Position numbers and translations under genes: made by a program. Below are positions 1 through 12,568 of a stretch of DNA of 64,000 nucleotides, piece after piece. The notes beneath the pieces are model-generated. The model did not search any database. It saw only the letters and a list, made by a program, of their open reading frames with translations, and had not been told where the DNA came from. The stretch covers positions 23,324,070 through 23,388,069 of the forward strand of contig NC_092671.1 of NCBI RefSeq assembly GCF_964355755.1, read 5' to 3'. Origin of the DNA: Antedon mediterranea (taxonomy: Eukaryota; Animalia; Echinodermata). How positions within the stretch are numbered: position 1 is the stretch's first letter; every line of letters begins with the position of its first letter.

Positions 1-3000
1 ATCATTAACGCCAGTAGCCTTAGGAGTGACAAAATTAAATGTTGTACCCCAGGTGAAATGGTTATGATGATCAGAAATTAACAAAAAGTTATCCTTAAGG
101 AAAGAAGGCGTATTAAAGTTATAACGAATTTTGTGAACATAATTTAATCTCAAAAACTTATTTCTGAGGCTGACATTAAGAAACCCAAGATCGGAAAGCT
201 CTTTGGCACCTATGTGAGACCTCGGACCAACATTTAAAATGAAACGTGCCATCTTGTTTTGGGCAGTTTGTAATTTATTCTTACCAACTGTACATTGTAT
301 TAAAGCAGTGCTTAATAGTTTACGACATTTTTTATTCAAGTACGAACTTTGCCTATGTAAAAACTTCAACCTTGACTTAACTTTACTGATAACACTAGTT
401 GCAATAATATCACATGATACATATTGGTCTAAATCAATACCCAAATATTTAACTTGTTTAGTACTTTTGATTCTACGGCCCATTAATTCTACAGAAAACT
501 CTTTAACTTTGTTAAGCTTCGCTCTGCTACCAAAGATAATACTTTCGGTTTTGCCAACATGTAAAGATAATTTGTTTTCAGTTAACCAGTCCTGGCACTT
601 AGCTAGGACAGTACTTAATTTATGAGCGATTTTGGTGGCATCGTGATGAGAATACAGAATCGTAGAATCATCAGCATAAAGCAATAATTGAACATCAGAA
701 TCAATACAAGAAGCAATATCATTTAAATAACATAGAAAAAGAATAGGGCCCAAGATGCTACCTTGCGGTACACCATGAGTAACTATAAGAGGTTCAGAGC
801 AGGTACCATTCACACTGACAACTTGTGTGCGGTTAGCGAGATAAGATTGAAACCAGTCAGTACGCTTAAAACCCATGCATTTTAGCTTGTTAATTAAAAT
901 CACATGACCGACGGTATCGAAAGCTTTTTGTAAGTCAATTAGAACCATTCCAGTAAGAAGGCCTTTGGACTTATTGTTTTTTAAACCGTCGATGAGATTT
1001 ATGAGGTTGCTTTCAGTTGAATGGGCCTGCCGAAAACCGGATTGATAGGCATAAAGTATATTATTTTTGGAAAGATACCTTTCAACTTGTATAGCTACAG
1101 ATTTTTCAAGAATCTTAGATACCGTAGGCAGAATACTAATCGGCCGATAATTCTCAACACTTGTTCTAGTATTTTTCTTAAATAGAGGGGTTACTTTACC
1201 AGTTTTAAGATCATGAGGAAAACAATTAGTTTTAAACGAACGGTTAATGATATGAGCTATCGGTTCAGCCAAGATTATCGCATCGTCACGTAAAAATCTT
1301 GAGGGAATATTATCTAGACCGACGCTTTTGTTTACATAAAAATTCTATTGTAACAGGCTCTAGCTTAAACATTTTTCCTTTTAATTTAACGTAGTATTTA
1401 TGAAGATCGTTAGTGGACATGGTGAAAAAACCTATGCATTTTGGAAGTTTTTTGACGAGTGTTGACGCAACATTCATGAAAAACTCATTAAAACGAGAGG
1501 CAACGCCTTTTGGACAGAAAGTTTGTTTACCATTGTCATCGAGAACGATTTCTTCTCGTATCCGAGCTGTTTGAGGGTTTTCCATAATTTTTTAGGGTTG
1601 TCTTTATTTTCATCAATCTTATTGAGAAAATAATTAGATTTAGCTTTTTTTATCAGCCGCTGAGCTTTGTTCCTAGAGGCACAATAATATTTGTATATAT
1701 CTAGATTAGATTTATCTTTCTTGAATTTTTTTAAAAGTGTGTCTCTTACTTTGATTTCATTAGCAATTTCGGAGGTAAACCAGGGTGCTATGTTTTGTTT
1801 AAGTCTAACTTTTTTTATTGGCGCTATTGAGTCGATCACCATAATGATGATATCTTTAAGAGTTAACCACGCGATATTTACATCGTCATTATTAGTGACA
1901 ACAGACCAATCGATATCGTTAAGTTTTTCAAGATAGTTATTTACATTATAGTTTTTTAAAGATCGTAATTTAGCGGAGTTGTGTTCATTTTTATGAACAT
2001 GAGACTTAGGTATTTTTCTAGTGCAATAAATAAGAAAATTGTCACTGAGGCCAATATTAATTACTCCAGATTGCTTCACATTATTTTGTACATTAGTAAC
2101 AATGTGGTCCAAACATGAGCTTTTTTCTTTTCCTATTCTAGTTATATCCTTAATAACATTACTAAAACCATTTCTTATAAGAAAATCATTATATCTTTGC
2201 GATACTGGATTGATAATTAAAGTGCATATGTTAAAGTCACCAAGAACATAAATTTCACTACTCTCTTTGATTTTTGATACAGATTCTTCAAAGTTGTTCA
2301 GAAATAAAGATACATTCTGTTTTGGTGGGCGGTAGCATGTACCAATCACAATTTCCTTTGAACGAGGCAGATATATATTTATCCAAATTGCTTCAAAACC
2401 GTCGATATCCAGATCATTTCTACATGTGAAGGCGCGATCATTTTTTACGTAGATACAAACTCCACCACCAGACCGGTTTCTGTCCTTACTGAGCGCTGTA
2501 TATCCATCAATTTTGATCTCGTTATCGGTGATGGATTTGTCCAGCCACGACTCGCTGATGGATATAACAGTAGCTTTGGTCTTTGATGCGATGTGCCTTA
2601 GACATTTTATTAACTAATGACCGCGCATTGAGGTGAACAAAATGTAGGCCTTTGTTAAACACGTTGAATTCCTCGCTTAAATGCTCGTAAATTTCTTCTG
2701 TATATGTATGTCCATCTTGTCGGGTTTCATTCACATTATTTGCGTCGGCAATAAGTTCGTCCTGGATATTAATGTCACTGATGCATTCATCATTCGGAAG
2801 CTGATTGAAGAGGCATTCTTGACATAACCAATTTTCTTTCGAGTTCCGTTGCTTATATACAATTTTAGTTATTCTTCCGCACTTGATATGGTAGTTACAT
2901 TTGCATTCAGTGCATTTCATTGCCCTGTGCGTTTTCGCAATCGGTTTTTTACAAATTGAACATGGGTTTCTGATTGGTCCTGGGTTCGGAGAAACGTCTC

Positions 3001-3274
3001 CAGCGATAATAATAAGTACCATCAGGAAACTTGGGTTTTTTAAGGTCAAGCGGCAAACTGGATACGGTTTAGAAGATCCGTACATTGTCCATAAGGGAGA
3101 CATTATATTCAGGTTATCCGTATGTATCTTCGGTTGAATTGCCCAGCTATCATATAGGCCTATGCTGGGGTTTAACGTAGAAAAAATGTCCGAGTTTAAG
3201 GTTGGGCGGCATGTAAAGTTAATTCTCACTAGAAGGCATAAAAAAATAAGAACATTTGTAGTAATCGCTGCCAT
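1..3274 (-). pseudogene. LINE single ORF: 2A-like motif + PHD finger + APE endonuclease + reverse transcriptase, frameshifted
   Basis: GDVSPNPGP then CSIC..CTEC..HIKC..CQEC (PHD); HLNARSL, CYRPP, LGDFN, LDHI (APE); GVPQGSILGP at ~745-775 and LLYADD at ~665-685 (RT). The frame is broken near 2600 and 1550. Confidence 0.9.
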
Positions 3275-3470
3275 TATTAAGATTGATTTAATTACCTTAT
3301 CAGTGGTTGAATGTCATCCAGGAACTTAGCAATGTCAATCAAACAGGTAAACAAGTGTTGGTCAGCTGATTAAAACTTCCCGCCAAACGCAACGAAGCAA
3401 ATCAAATGAAAACTGGGTAAAAACGGAATAAAAATACACCAAAATACACCGGAAAAACTGTACATATCTA
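1..3470 (-). mobile_element. Non-LTR retrotransposon (CR1/L2-group LINE), 3' end beyond the window edge
   Basis: Minus-strand domain order PHD finger, APE endonuclease, RT; 5' boundary approximate. Confidence 0.9.
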
Positions 3471-3539
3471 TATAAAACTTCTTTAAAAAGTGTTTAGAAT
3501 GTCGTTGATACTCAGATCGAGGTGATCAATATTGCACTA

Positions 3540-3945
3540 TAACACTATAGTATTTGTAGTAGAATTCATCGCACTGTTATCTACAATTTACCAAACATTT
3601 TTTATTCTTTTTTACCACTTTTCATATCTATTAGAGGATTTCATTTGATTATAAACTAAACTAAAAAAATCAACATATCCCTCGAATAAGCACCTCCCTC
3701 AAATGAACTCCGCCTTCCCATCTCCGCGCCCTATAAGGGCCCTACCAAACAACACACACTATAGGACTACTTTAAAATGTTATTAATCATCTAAGACACT
3801 GTGAAACAGAGTAGTTTAGTTTTACGAATGTCAAGCATTTTCAATAATGGTAACCGACAAAAAACGTACATGGAGAACATTATCATTCCGAGAACCATCG
3901 TCTACACTTCCTAGAGGAGCGAGCGAAAAGAGCTCACCCTCTATA
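3540..3945. repeat. Interspersed repeat; inverted copy at ~37210-37620
   Basis: ggagaacattatcattccgagaaccatcgtctacacttcctagagg and flanks recur as the reverse complement at 37240-37290 and onward. Confidence 0.85.
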
Positions 3946-4717
3946 ATTATTAATTAATACAAACGTTGAGAAGCAACTGTCAGTAATCTACTCACAGTCA
4001 CAGTAATAAATGTTCTTGTTTATATATCTAACAGTAACCACATTCACAGTAAGACAATTTCGATTTAAATGGCAACCAAAAATGGTTATTACGTACGGTA
4101 CAGTATTTACAATATTGTCAAAGTATTGCAATTGTTACGACCACTTTTGGCCTAGGCCGAAATACCTAAATAGCAACAACGAGGCTTGGAACAAACAATA
4201 GTCGACACTCAAAGTATTATGCAAGGAGCACAAGCTCCATTTATTTCCTTTCACGAAGCACAAAATACATAACAACACAATTATAGATACGTATGATACC
4301 GAGTGGTTGGTTTGCCTGGCCATCCGTACACATCACAACCTCCCCATTCTTATCGTCCTGCCTCGCTTCCAGTCTCAAGCACAGTTCTAACCGCAAGCGT
4401 CCTTGGCTGGCCCTGTCTCCTGAATGACTCCCTTCTTTGTATCACACACCCAGCACAGCTTTCCAAAATACCGCGCACCACCATGCTCCATTCTGATTCG
4501 TCCACTTGACCACCGGCGACTTGATTCATTTGCATGTGACATGTGACACCTGACTCTCGTCACACGTAACACAATGCTATATATAAGTTTTATTCTCCAA
4601 GGGCCCATAAATTTACCTACTTGTGTTAAACCAAGGGCTCATAAATTTATCAACAAACTGGGAGTCTGAGAGATTGAAATGTTCCATTCATCGCAAATCA
4701 ATACATTTGTATAAACG

Positions 4718-5720
4718 TGTAACCCTGCCATGGTTTACCATGTTTTCCTTATTAGATTTTTAATCTTTTAATCCTTTCTTTGTTGTTGAGCCCAAGTTTT
4801 AATTAGTTGTTTATCTTTTGGTTAGAACTTCCTTTGCTGTTTATGTCATTATGTCATAAACTATGTGGTAATGCATGAGAGCTTTCTGTTTTTTTCTATA
4901 GACACTGACCAATAAGGGCCAGTTTACCCTTTAAAATATATGACTTTATTTAAAGCTAGCTATATGTTTTACTGTGCTACAGTATAATTACATTACCGAA
5001 CTAAGTTTTAAGTTCGCGTTGATTGGAAGTTTGTGCTAGTTTGGCATATTGCACTAAAAATTATGTTTGATCGACTGTATTGTACATATTGAAGACTGTT
5101 CGTTTTATTTTGAATATTGGCTCTTTGTATAGGTGAGTGTTTGAAAACCAATTTACTTTGTTCTATATTTAAAGTTCATTATTGTATAAGTATATTACTG
5201 TTGTTATTATTTATAGTTAATGCTGTTTTAATGGAAGTCATTACAGTATAATACATAACTTAACGTGACATTATTATTAATTATGTTTAAACCTATTTTT
5301 ATAAATGGAATGTTTCCATGATTGGTCTGTTACTGTTAGGGTAAGCAGGCTCAAGATAGACCTATTACTGTATATCATATAGGCATTGTATAGATCAGCA
5401 AATTGTTATTTTCCTCTTTTACTCATTTATTGTCTTTTCATTATGTTATTTTTGAGACAACGATTGCCATTATGAAGTCGTTTTATGACTATTGCCATGT
5501 AAGGCTGATAATGTACTTATGGTACATTCAATGTTAAACTATTATCGGCGCCTTAGATAAGTCATACTTTCCGTTCTCTTTTGTTTTATTTTATTTTATT
5601 CCAGTTTGGTCGAATAAACCGTGTTTTGTTCCATGTAAATTTATGTTCTGATGTTTTTGTATTTGAGTTACGTTTGCGCTATATTTATTCGTTAAGATTA
5701 ATTATAAAAGTTGCGGAAAC
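4718..5720 (+). repeat. 5' LTR (internal ~145-bp deletion, last ~13 bp lost)
   Basis: Colinear with 24398-25638; lacks the segment 24591-24735 at position ~4930. Confidence 0.93.
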
Positions 5721-5721
5721 T

Positions 5722-6017
5722 TTAAAACTTAGTTCGGTAATGTAATTATACTGTAGTACAGTAAAACATATAGCTAGCTTTAAATAAAGTCATATATTTT
5801 AATATGTAACACTTAGAAATGACCAGCACTTCAGATGGCATAATCAGGAAAAGAGAATGAAGCATGGGAACATACCCTAACATTGGCCCAGTCACCTGAC
5901 TAAGGCTAATCCCATTGGTCAATCCATGTTGCTGGGAAAAAAAGCAAAGGGTAAACTGGCCCTTATTGGTCAGTGTCTATAGAAAAAACAGAAAGCTCTC
6001 ATGCATTACCACATAGT
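5722..6017 (-). repeat. Inverted partial copy of the LTR replacing the LTR end, PBS and gag start
   Basis: Reverse complement of LTR segment ~24520-24810. Confidence 0.92.
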
Positions 6018-7200
6018 GTCGTAAGGATAATGAGGAACAAAGTTTTACTTTTCTTCTATGTGAATTTGCCCTACCCGTTGGTGAGCTGGACTTACCCTCT
6101 GATTTTTCATTGGTCCTTGAGCATAATGTTACTCCAACATTATTTAAAGTTATCCGTGTGGATGACACCTTTATGGAGAGAAGTACTGACCGTGTCCGCA
6201 TTAGTGACCTCACTAGAAATAGAAATCTAGATTCGCCTCCTAACCTTCCATCTACTTCCAACCTTCAGTCCTCTGCTGCAAGCACTAATCCTTCTTCCAA
6301 CAACCCCACTACCGACCATTTTCCTTCTGATTTCGTTAGATCTTTTGCTCGTTGCACTCTGGCTGCAAACCATAGAAAGTTGCGTTGTTTTTCTGGTCTT
6401 TCCACATCCAGCCGGGATGAGGATGATTATGTTTCATGGATCAACCATGTAGAGGGACAGATGGATGAGTGGCAAGATTTAGAGGATGCCGAAAAGAGAC
6501 GACGTGTCCGTGAAGCCTTTCGTCCTCCTGCTCTCAGTCTCATTAACGATCTTAGGCGAGACAATCCTGCCGCCACATCTGAGGATTACCTAAGGGCCCT
6601 AGATATGGCGTTTGGAGACACCGAGACCGACAACGAATTATTTGTTAAATTCTATAGTGTAACTCAGAAAGAAGGCGAGACTCCTTCCAAATTCCTAAAC
6701 CGCCTTCAAGTGATCTTACATAGAGTGATTAGGAGAGGGATCATACCCCGTACGCAGGCTAATGGGGTTAGGCTAAACCAGTTAATAAAAGGAATCCTCT
6801 TTGATGAGATGATTATTGTCAACCTCCACCTTCGAGACAAGGTCGATCATCCTCCTTCATTTTTTACTTTACTTTCTTCAGTTAGAAAGCAGGAAGAAGA
6901 AGCGAGACTGAAACAACAATCTCGTGGTCATATTAAGCCTTTTATACACGCACAACTACAGCACACCTCCTTCGGTTATAATAACTCACCACAAAGCAAT
7001 CAACCCCCACCACAACACCAAAGGCCGAGAGAAAGAAGAAACGACTCCAACAACGACCAGGGAACGATGGTTGATTTCTGTTTTTGATGTGGGGAAGCAG
7101 GACACATCCGTCGCCGATGCCAAAACCCACCAAATGTTGACCTTGTAAATCGTAAGTTGGTAAAGATAGTCCTAGGAGGAAAGAATCAGGGAAACTCCAA
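6018..7200 (+). pseudogene. gag: Gypsy gag, PNMA/Ma-like capsid plus CCHC zinc knuckle, N-terminally truncated
   Basis: LRCFSG..DYVSWINHV..EKRRRVREAF..YLRALDMAFG; knuckle CF*CGEAGHIRRRC with in-frame TGA at 7085-7087. Confidence 0.9.
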
Positions 7201-9261
7201 TGGACACCTGGCAAAGGGGAACCAGGGGTCCGATGCAAGAGCATAAATCCCCAGTTTGAAGCAGGTACAGATATTCCACAAGGTTTGGTTGGGTATACCA
7301 TCACTCCTAAATGTTTAGTTGATAGTATCGAAACACAATGCCTTTTAGATAGTGGCTCACAAGTAACTCTCATTTGTAAAAGTTTTTTCAATCGTCTTAA
7401 TCGAGAATTGCATCCCTTAAATGATCTGGTATTATTCCATGGGGGTGACGGACAGATTCCGTATTTGGGGTGGACTTATGTATCAATGGGTTTTAATCAT
7501 TCTTTTAGTGGAACCAGTGATTGTTTCGATACATTCGCCCTTGTAGTCCCTGATGGACGTAATAGCACGACAGCACCTGTAATTATAGGAACAAACTCAG
7601 GACTTTTTCAGAAATTGTTTCGAATCATGCCGGCGACAAGCTGGTAACAGATTTGTTCAATATTTAAAGATTAACGCCACATGCCTTAAAATTTATGACA
7701 ACATTAAAACAACCAACAAAGTCCCTACTGGCGGGAAATTAGGCTCTGTTAAGACACGCAAGAAATCTTCCATCACGATGATGCCAGGTGAACATCGTTA
7801 TGTTGGTGGAGTTACACGCAACTCTTTGCGTAGACCTGTCACAGTACTCATCGAAGGTGAAAATCAAAGGCGGTTACCACAAGGATTAGATGTAACACCT
7901 CAAATTACTGAACTCTCTGGACATTCCACATGCACCGTCAACGTTGTGCTTGTCAACCGAACTTGTCGACCGATTGTGGTACCTGGAAATTGTACCATAG
8001 CTGATGTGTTTATTCCAGAGTGGTGCCATGGTACTTCGTTCAAACCAGAGAGTGCTCGCACAGCGTCATGTTCTACTGTCCTTACTAACGATACTAATAA
8101 TTTAAACCCTTCGTCCAACGACTTTTATAATCTTCTTTTTAAATGGGGCCCGGTTTCTCCTGACTTCAAGAAGCAGGTCCTCGAAAAGATGAAGCTTCGA
8201 TCACAGGTTTTCACACATCATGAATGGGATCTAGGGTTAACCCATCAAGCAGAACATCAAATCAATATCTCTAATGACACCTCGTTTAGAGAAAGGTCTA
8301 GAAGGGTAGCACCAGCTGATCTGAGAGACTTAAAACTACACCTACAACAGCTAATTGATCACAACATTATTAAAGAGTCACGAAGTCCGTATGCATCTCC
8401 TATTGTACTAGTTAGGAAAAAGAATGTGCGTAGATTATCAAACCTTAAACACCCGCACAATTCCAGATCAGTACACTGTTCTTCTTATCCAAGAAGCAAT
8501 AGATTGCTTGAATGGCAGTAGCTGGTTTTCTGTCATCGACCTTAAATCAGGATTTTATCAGATTCCAATGCGTGATACAGATAAAGATAAAACTGCGTTT
8601 GTTTGTCCACTTGGATTTTATCAGTTCGAGCGAATGCCTCAAGGTGTTAAGGGGGCACCTGCCACTTTCCAAAGGTTGATGGAAACTTGTATGTCAGGTA
8701 TGAACATGGCTGAAGTCCTAGTGTACATGGATGACTTAGTTGTTTTTGGGAAGACTTTAAAAGAAATGGAAGAGAGACTTATGAAGGTTTTAGATCGTCT
8801 TGCCGAGTTTGGACTCAAAGTATCGCCGGAGAAATGTGTCAACTTTGCTGTAGATCGGTGAAGTATTTAGGTCATGTCGTATCTGAAAAAGGTGTTCAAA
8901 CTGATCCAGATAAATTGTCCGCCCTCGAAGCCTGGCCCCGACCAACTAATGTCAAAGAAGTTCGTTCCTTTCTGGGTTTTTCTGGCTATTACCGCCGTTT
9001 TATTGAAAATTACTCCAAAATTGCACGTCCACTTAACGATTTAACAATTGGTTGTGTGTATCCCCAAAAACGAGGCCGTCCTAAACGAAGAAATGTACCC
9101 GATCCGAATGCCCGTAAAGTTAGCGAACCACTTGGCGATTTATGGACCCAGGAGTGTGACGATGCATTCAAACAGCTAAAGCATTGTCTTATATCCGCTC
9201 CTGTGTTGGCGCTTGCTGATCTATCCAAACCATTTGTTTTGCATATTGACGCCAGTAGAGA
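7200..9261 (+). pseudogene. pol: Gypsy pol 5' part: protease, RT, start of RNase H (frameshifted)
   Basis: LLDSGSQ (protease), SPYASPIVLVRKK, DLKSGFYQ, RMPQG, YMDD, KYLGH, FVLHIDASR; frameshifts near 7620, 8420 and 8840. Confidence 0.95.
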
Positions 9262-9284
9262 CCCAGTGGGCAAAAATTGGTTGA

Positions 9285-10310
9285 ATTAACGTTAATTCAA
9301 CGTTATCTGCGAACGTTGAAATAACGTTGAAAAAGTGGTTGAAAATGAAAGTTTGCCTCAACGTAAATGTCAACGTTGAATCAACATAGAAATTATCAAC
9401 GTTGAAACAACGTTAAAATAAGTAACGTTGAAATAACGTTGAAAAAATGGTTGAAAATGAAAGTTTGCCTCAACGTAAATGTCAACGTTGAATCAACATA
9501 GAAATTATCAACGTTGAAACAACGTTAAAATAAGTAACGTTGAATTAACGTTGAAAAAATGGTTGAAAATGAAAGTTTGCCTCAACTTAAATGTCAACGT
9601 TGTATCAACATAGAAATTATCAACGTTGAAACAACGTTAAAATAGGTAACGTTGAAATAACGTTGAAAAAATGGTTGAAAATGAAAGTTTGCCTCAACGT
9701 AAATGTCAACGTTGAATCAACATAGAAATTATCAACGTTGAAACAACGTTAAAATAGGTAACGTTAAAATAACGTTGAAAAAATGGTTGAAAATGAAATT
9801 TTCCCTCAACGTAAATGTCAACGTTGAATCAACATAGAAATTATCAACGTTGAAACAACTTTAAAATAAGTAACGTTGAAATAACGTTGAAAAAATGGTT
9901 GAAAATGAAAGTTTGCCTCAACAAAAATGTCAACGTTGATTCAACATAGATTATCAACGTTGATTCAATGTTGAAATTATTAACGTTGAAACAACGTAAT
10001 AATCAAGTTGAAATGAAAATTTGCATCAACGTAAATTTCAACATAGATTTAACGTTGAAATTATCAACGTTGATTCAATGTTGATATATTAAAGTTAATT
10101 CAACATTATCCGCAAACGTTGAAATAACGCTGAAAAACTGTTGAATTAAAGTTTAAATTAAAAAAAATATCAACGTTGATCCATTGTAGAGTAATCAACC
10201 AAATTCAAGGTAGAAAAAATAACGTTTAATCAACGTATACAGATCAACGTTGATTCAGTGTAAACACATTTTTACCGTTGATTCAACATAGAAATTATCA
10301 ACATTAATTT
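9285..10310. repeat. Left subterminal array (~120-bp unit, CAACGTTG palindromes)
   Basis: About five copies of aacgttgaaataacgttgaaaaaatggttgaaaatgaaagtttgcctcaacgtaaatgtcaacgttg..., then decay. Confidence 0.9.
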
Positions 10311-11542
10311 AACACAGCAATGGTTTAGTTATTAGAAGAACAGCTTATAGTAACACAACCAAAATAAATCAAGCTGAAATCTGGCATATTTTCAATGGTA
10401 ATTGATTTGTTGAATTACTATATCCAATTTGAATCAACGGTTTTAAAGTAGTTGGTAGTAAAGTTACTGTTACGTCGCAGAATCCATCAATAGAGACATT
10501 TTATAAATACTGTATATCTCACTAATCTTTAATTTCTATAAAAACATAAAATAACATTTAATCAGGTGTTATCAAATCATCAGGCAAAATCCAAGCAACA
10601 ATCAAATAATGTACATCCTCACTGACAGTTCTCAGGTACCAATGTTAAGTATAAAAAATATACTAATTAACCAGTTTGTAATATGTTTGCCAACTAACAT
10701 GATTGAATAACTATAAATATTGGCTGATTACAGTAAAACACAATAAATACAAGACACGTCACAGGTGCCTTGTGCTAATGTTGCAGAAGTCCAAATGATG
10801 GCAATAACACATTACTGTAATTGCATTGTTCCGATTAGTCAATAAACAGTTGCCTCGATTCCTGTGTTGACATTGTCCTATGGTTTCCAAAAGTGTGGCA
10901 ATATTATTCTTCCAAACCTGAAACAAATTCAATCAAGTTACTGTAGTTTTAAACAAAAATAATACAGTAAAAAATTAATTGAAAGATTTATTGTCCCCAA
11001 AAAACATGAACAATGAAGATTAATACAATCATACTTTGAATACCTTGCCATTTTGCAATTTTAACAATTTAGATATTCACTTGCCGTAGAAAATAAACAA
11101 AAACAATAAAGATTTCACTTAACAAAAATACAAAATAAACAGTATATTTAACCAAAAACCAATTGTTTGTTTAAATTGTCAATTTCAGGTACAAATGCAT
11201 TTTTTAAAATATAATTTTTTGGTCAAAGTGAACAACTCTACAGTGACGGCATATTCAACAAAACATTAAAAAAAAAATTGTTCAGTTCAATTATATCTTT
11301 AACACATTGTTCAAAAATCATACTGTACATAAACAAAAATTCAATTCAGAACATCATTTCACACTTACACGTAAAATATGCAATTTATGTAAATAATATT
11401 GCAACACTGTATTAATATTTACGCCGTGGTTATAGGATTCCGGCACCGTAACTCAACTGCCCAGCGTTAGGGAATCCGACACGCTATTGCGCATGCCCAG
11501 AGCGAGGTAATCGGCGACTCTATTTTTGTCTACAACAGACTA

Positions 11543-11723
11543 AAGCGTGGTTCCCACTAGCGACACAACACAAGGACGTAACGCAACGCAAGTGAATTGA
11601 CCAATCACAAGCGATGGCTTATTCGCTTGTGATTGCTAACTGTCTATAACTTCGCTTGTTATTGGTTAAAACGCTTGCGTTGCGTTTACGTCCTTGCGTT
11701 ACGTTCTAGTGGGAACCAAGCTT
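11543..11723. mobile_element. ~180-bp palindromic MITE
   Basis: aagcgtggttcccactag...ctagtgggaaccaagctt flanked by TA; near-complete hairpin; partial inverted copy at ~12335-12418. Confidence 0.8.
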
Positions 11724-12568
11724 TACAGCGATGGATCATTTTAATAGCTGCGCCACGGCAAACTAGCCGGCCTACATGCCTAATAATACTAGTAGGCCTA
11801 CCAGCTAGATGTGACCATTGGGCCTATTTATTTCGTAATTAAAAAAGTCGTTGCTTCATTCATATATAAACTTTATGAATTATAATTACATGACTAGTTT
11901 TAATTTTTATGATTTTTCAAGTACAAAATAAAAGATTTCATATAACGCATTTATACTGTACATAACATCATGCAGCAATCGTATACAAGTTGATTTGTTG
12001 ACAGCAAAAAAAAAAAACCAGAACTGTTCGGGAGAAGTCTGTGTCGCAACGCTACGCTATTCATTTTCGTACATTTCTTGAAATACGCAAGCTGATTCTT
12101 ATCAATATCATAATAATTATTTTAACGCGTGGCGTAATTATTAATTCATGTATGGAATGGCCTAGGCCAAGTTTCATCCATCCATCGACTAACTAGGCCA
12201 CAGCAAAGATATCTTTGGCTACGCAGTACATCCCTAGTTAACACTCCGACTCTCGGGTAATATGGTGCGTGGTCTGTGGCACTAGTGCAAGCTATAATTA
12301 TTCCGCACGACGGCTGCTGTCAACAAATTTCGCCGTGGCGCAGCTATTAAAATGATCCATCGCTGTAAAACTTGGTTCCCACTAGAACGTAAAGCTAGGA
12401 CGTAAACGCAACGCAAGCGGAAAAAAAAACCAGAACTGTTCGGGAGAAGTCCGTGTCGCAACGCTACGCTATTCATTTTCGTACATTTCTTGAAATACGC
12501 AAGCTGATTCTTATCAATATCATAATAATTATTTTAACGCGTGGCGTAATTATTAATTCATGTATGGC

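Noticed and set aside
4200-4610. GC-richer patch with short overlapping ORFs
   Set aside because: No recognisable domain, splice structure or repeat ends.
6110-7087. Domesticated PNMA-like gene
   Set aside because: Lies in an LTR element with TSD, is N-terminally truncated and has a stop in the zinc knuckle.
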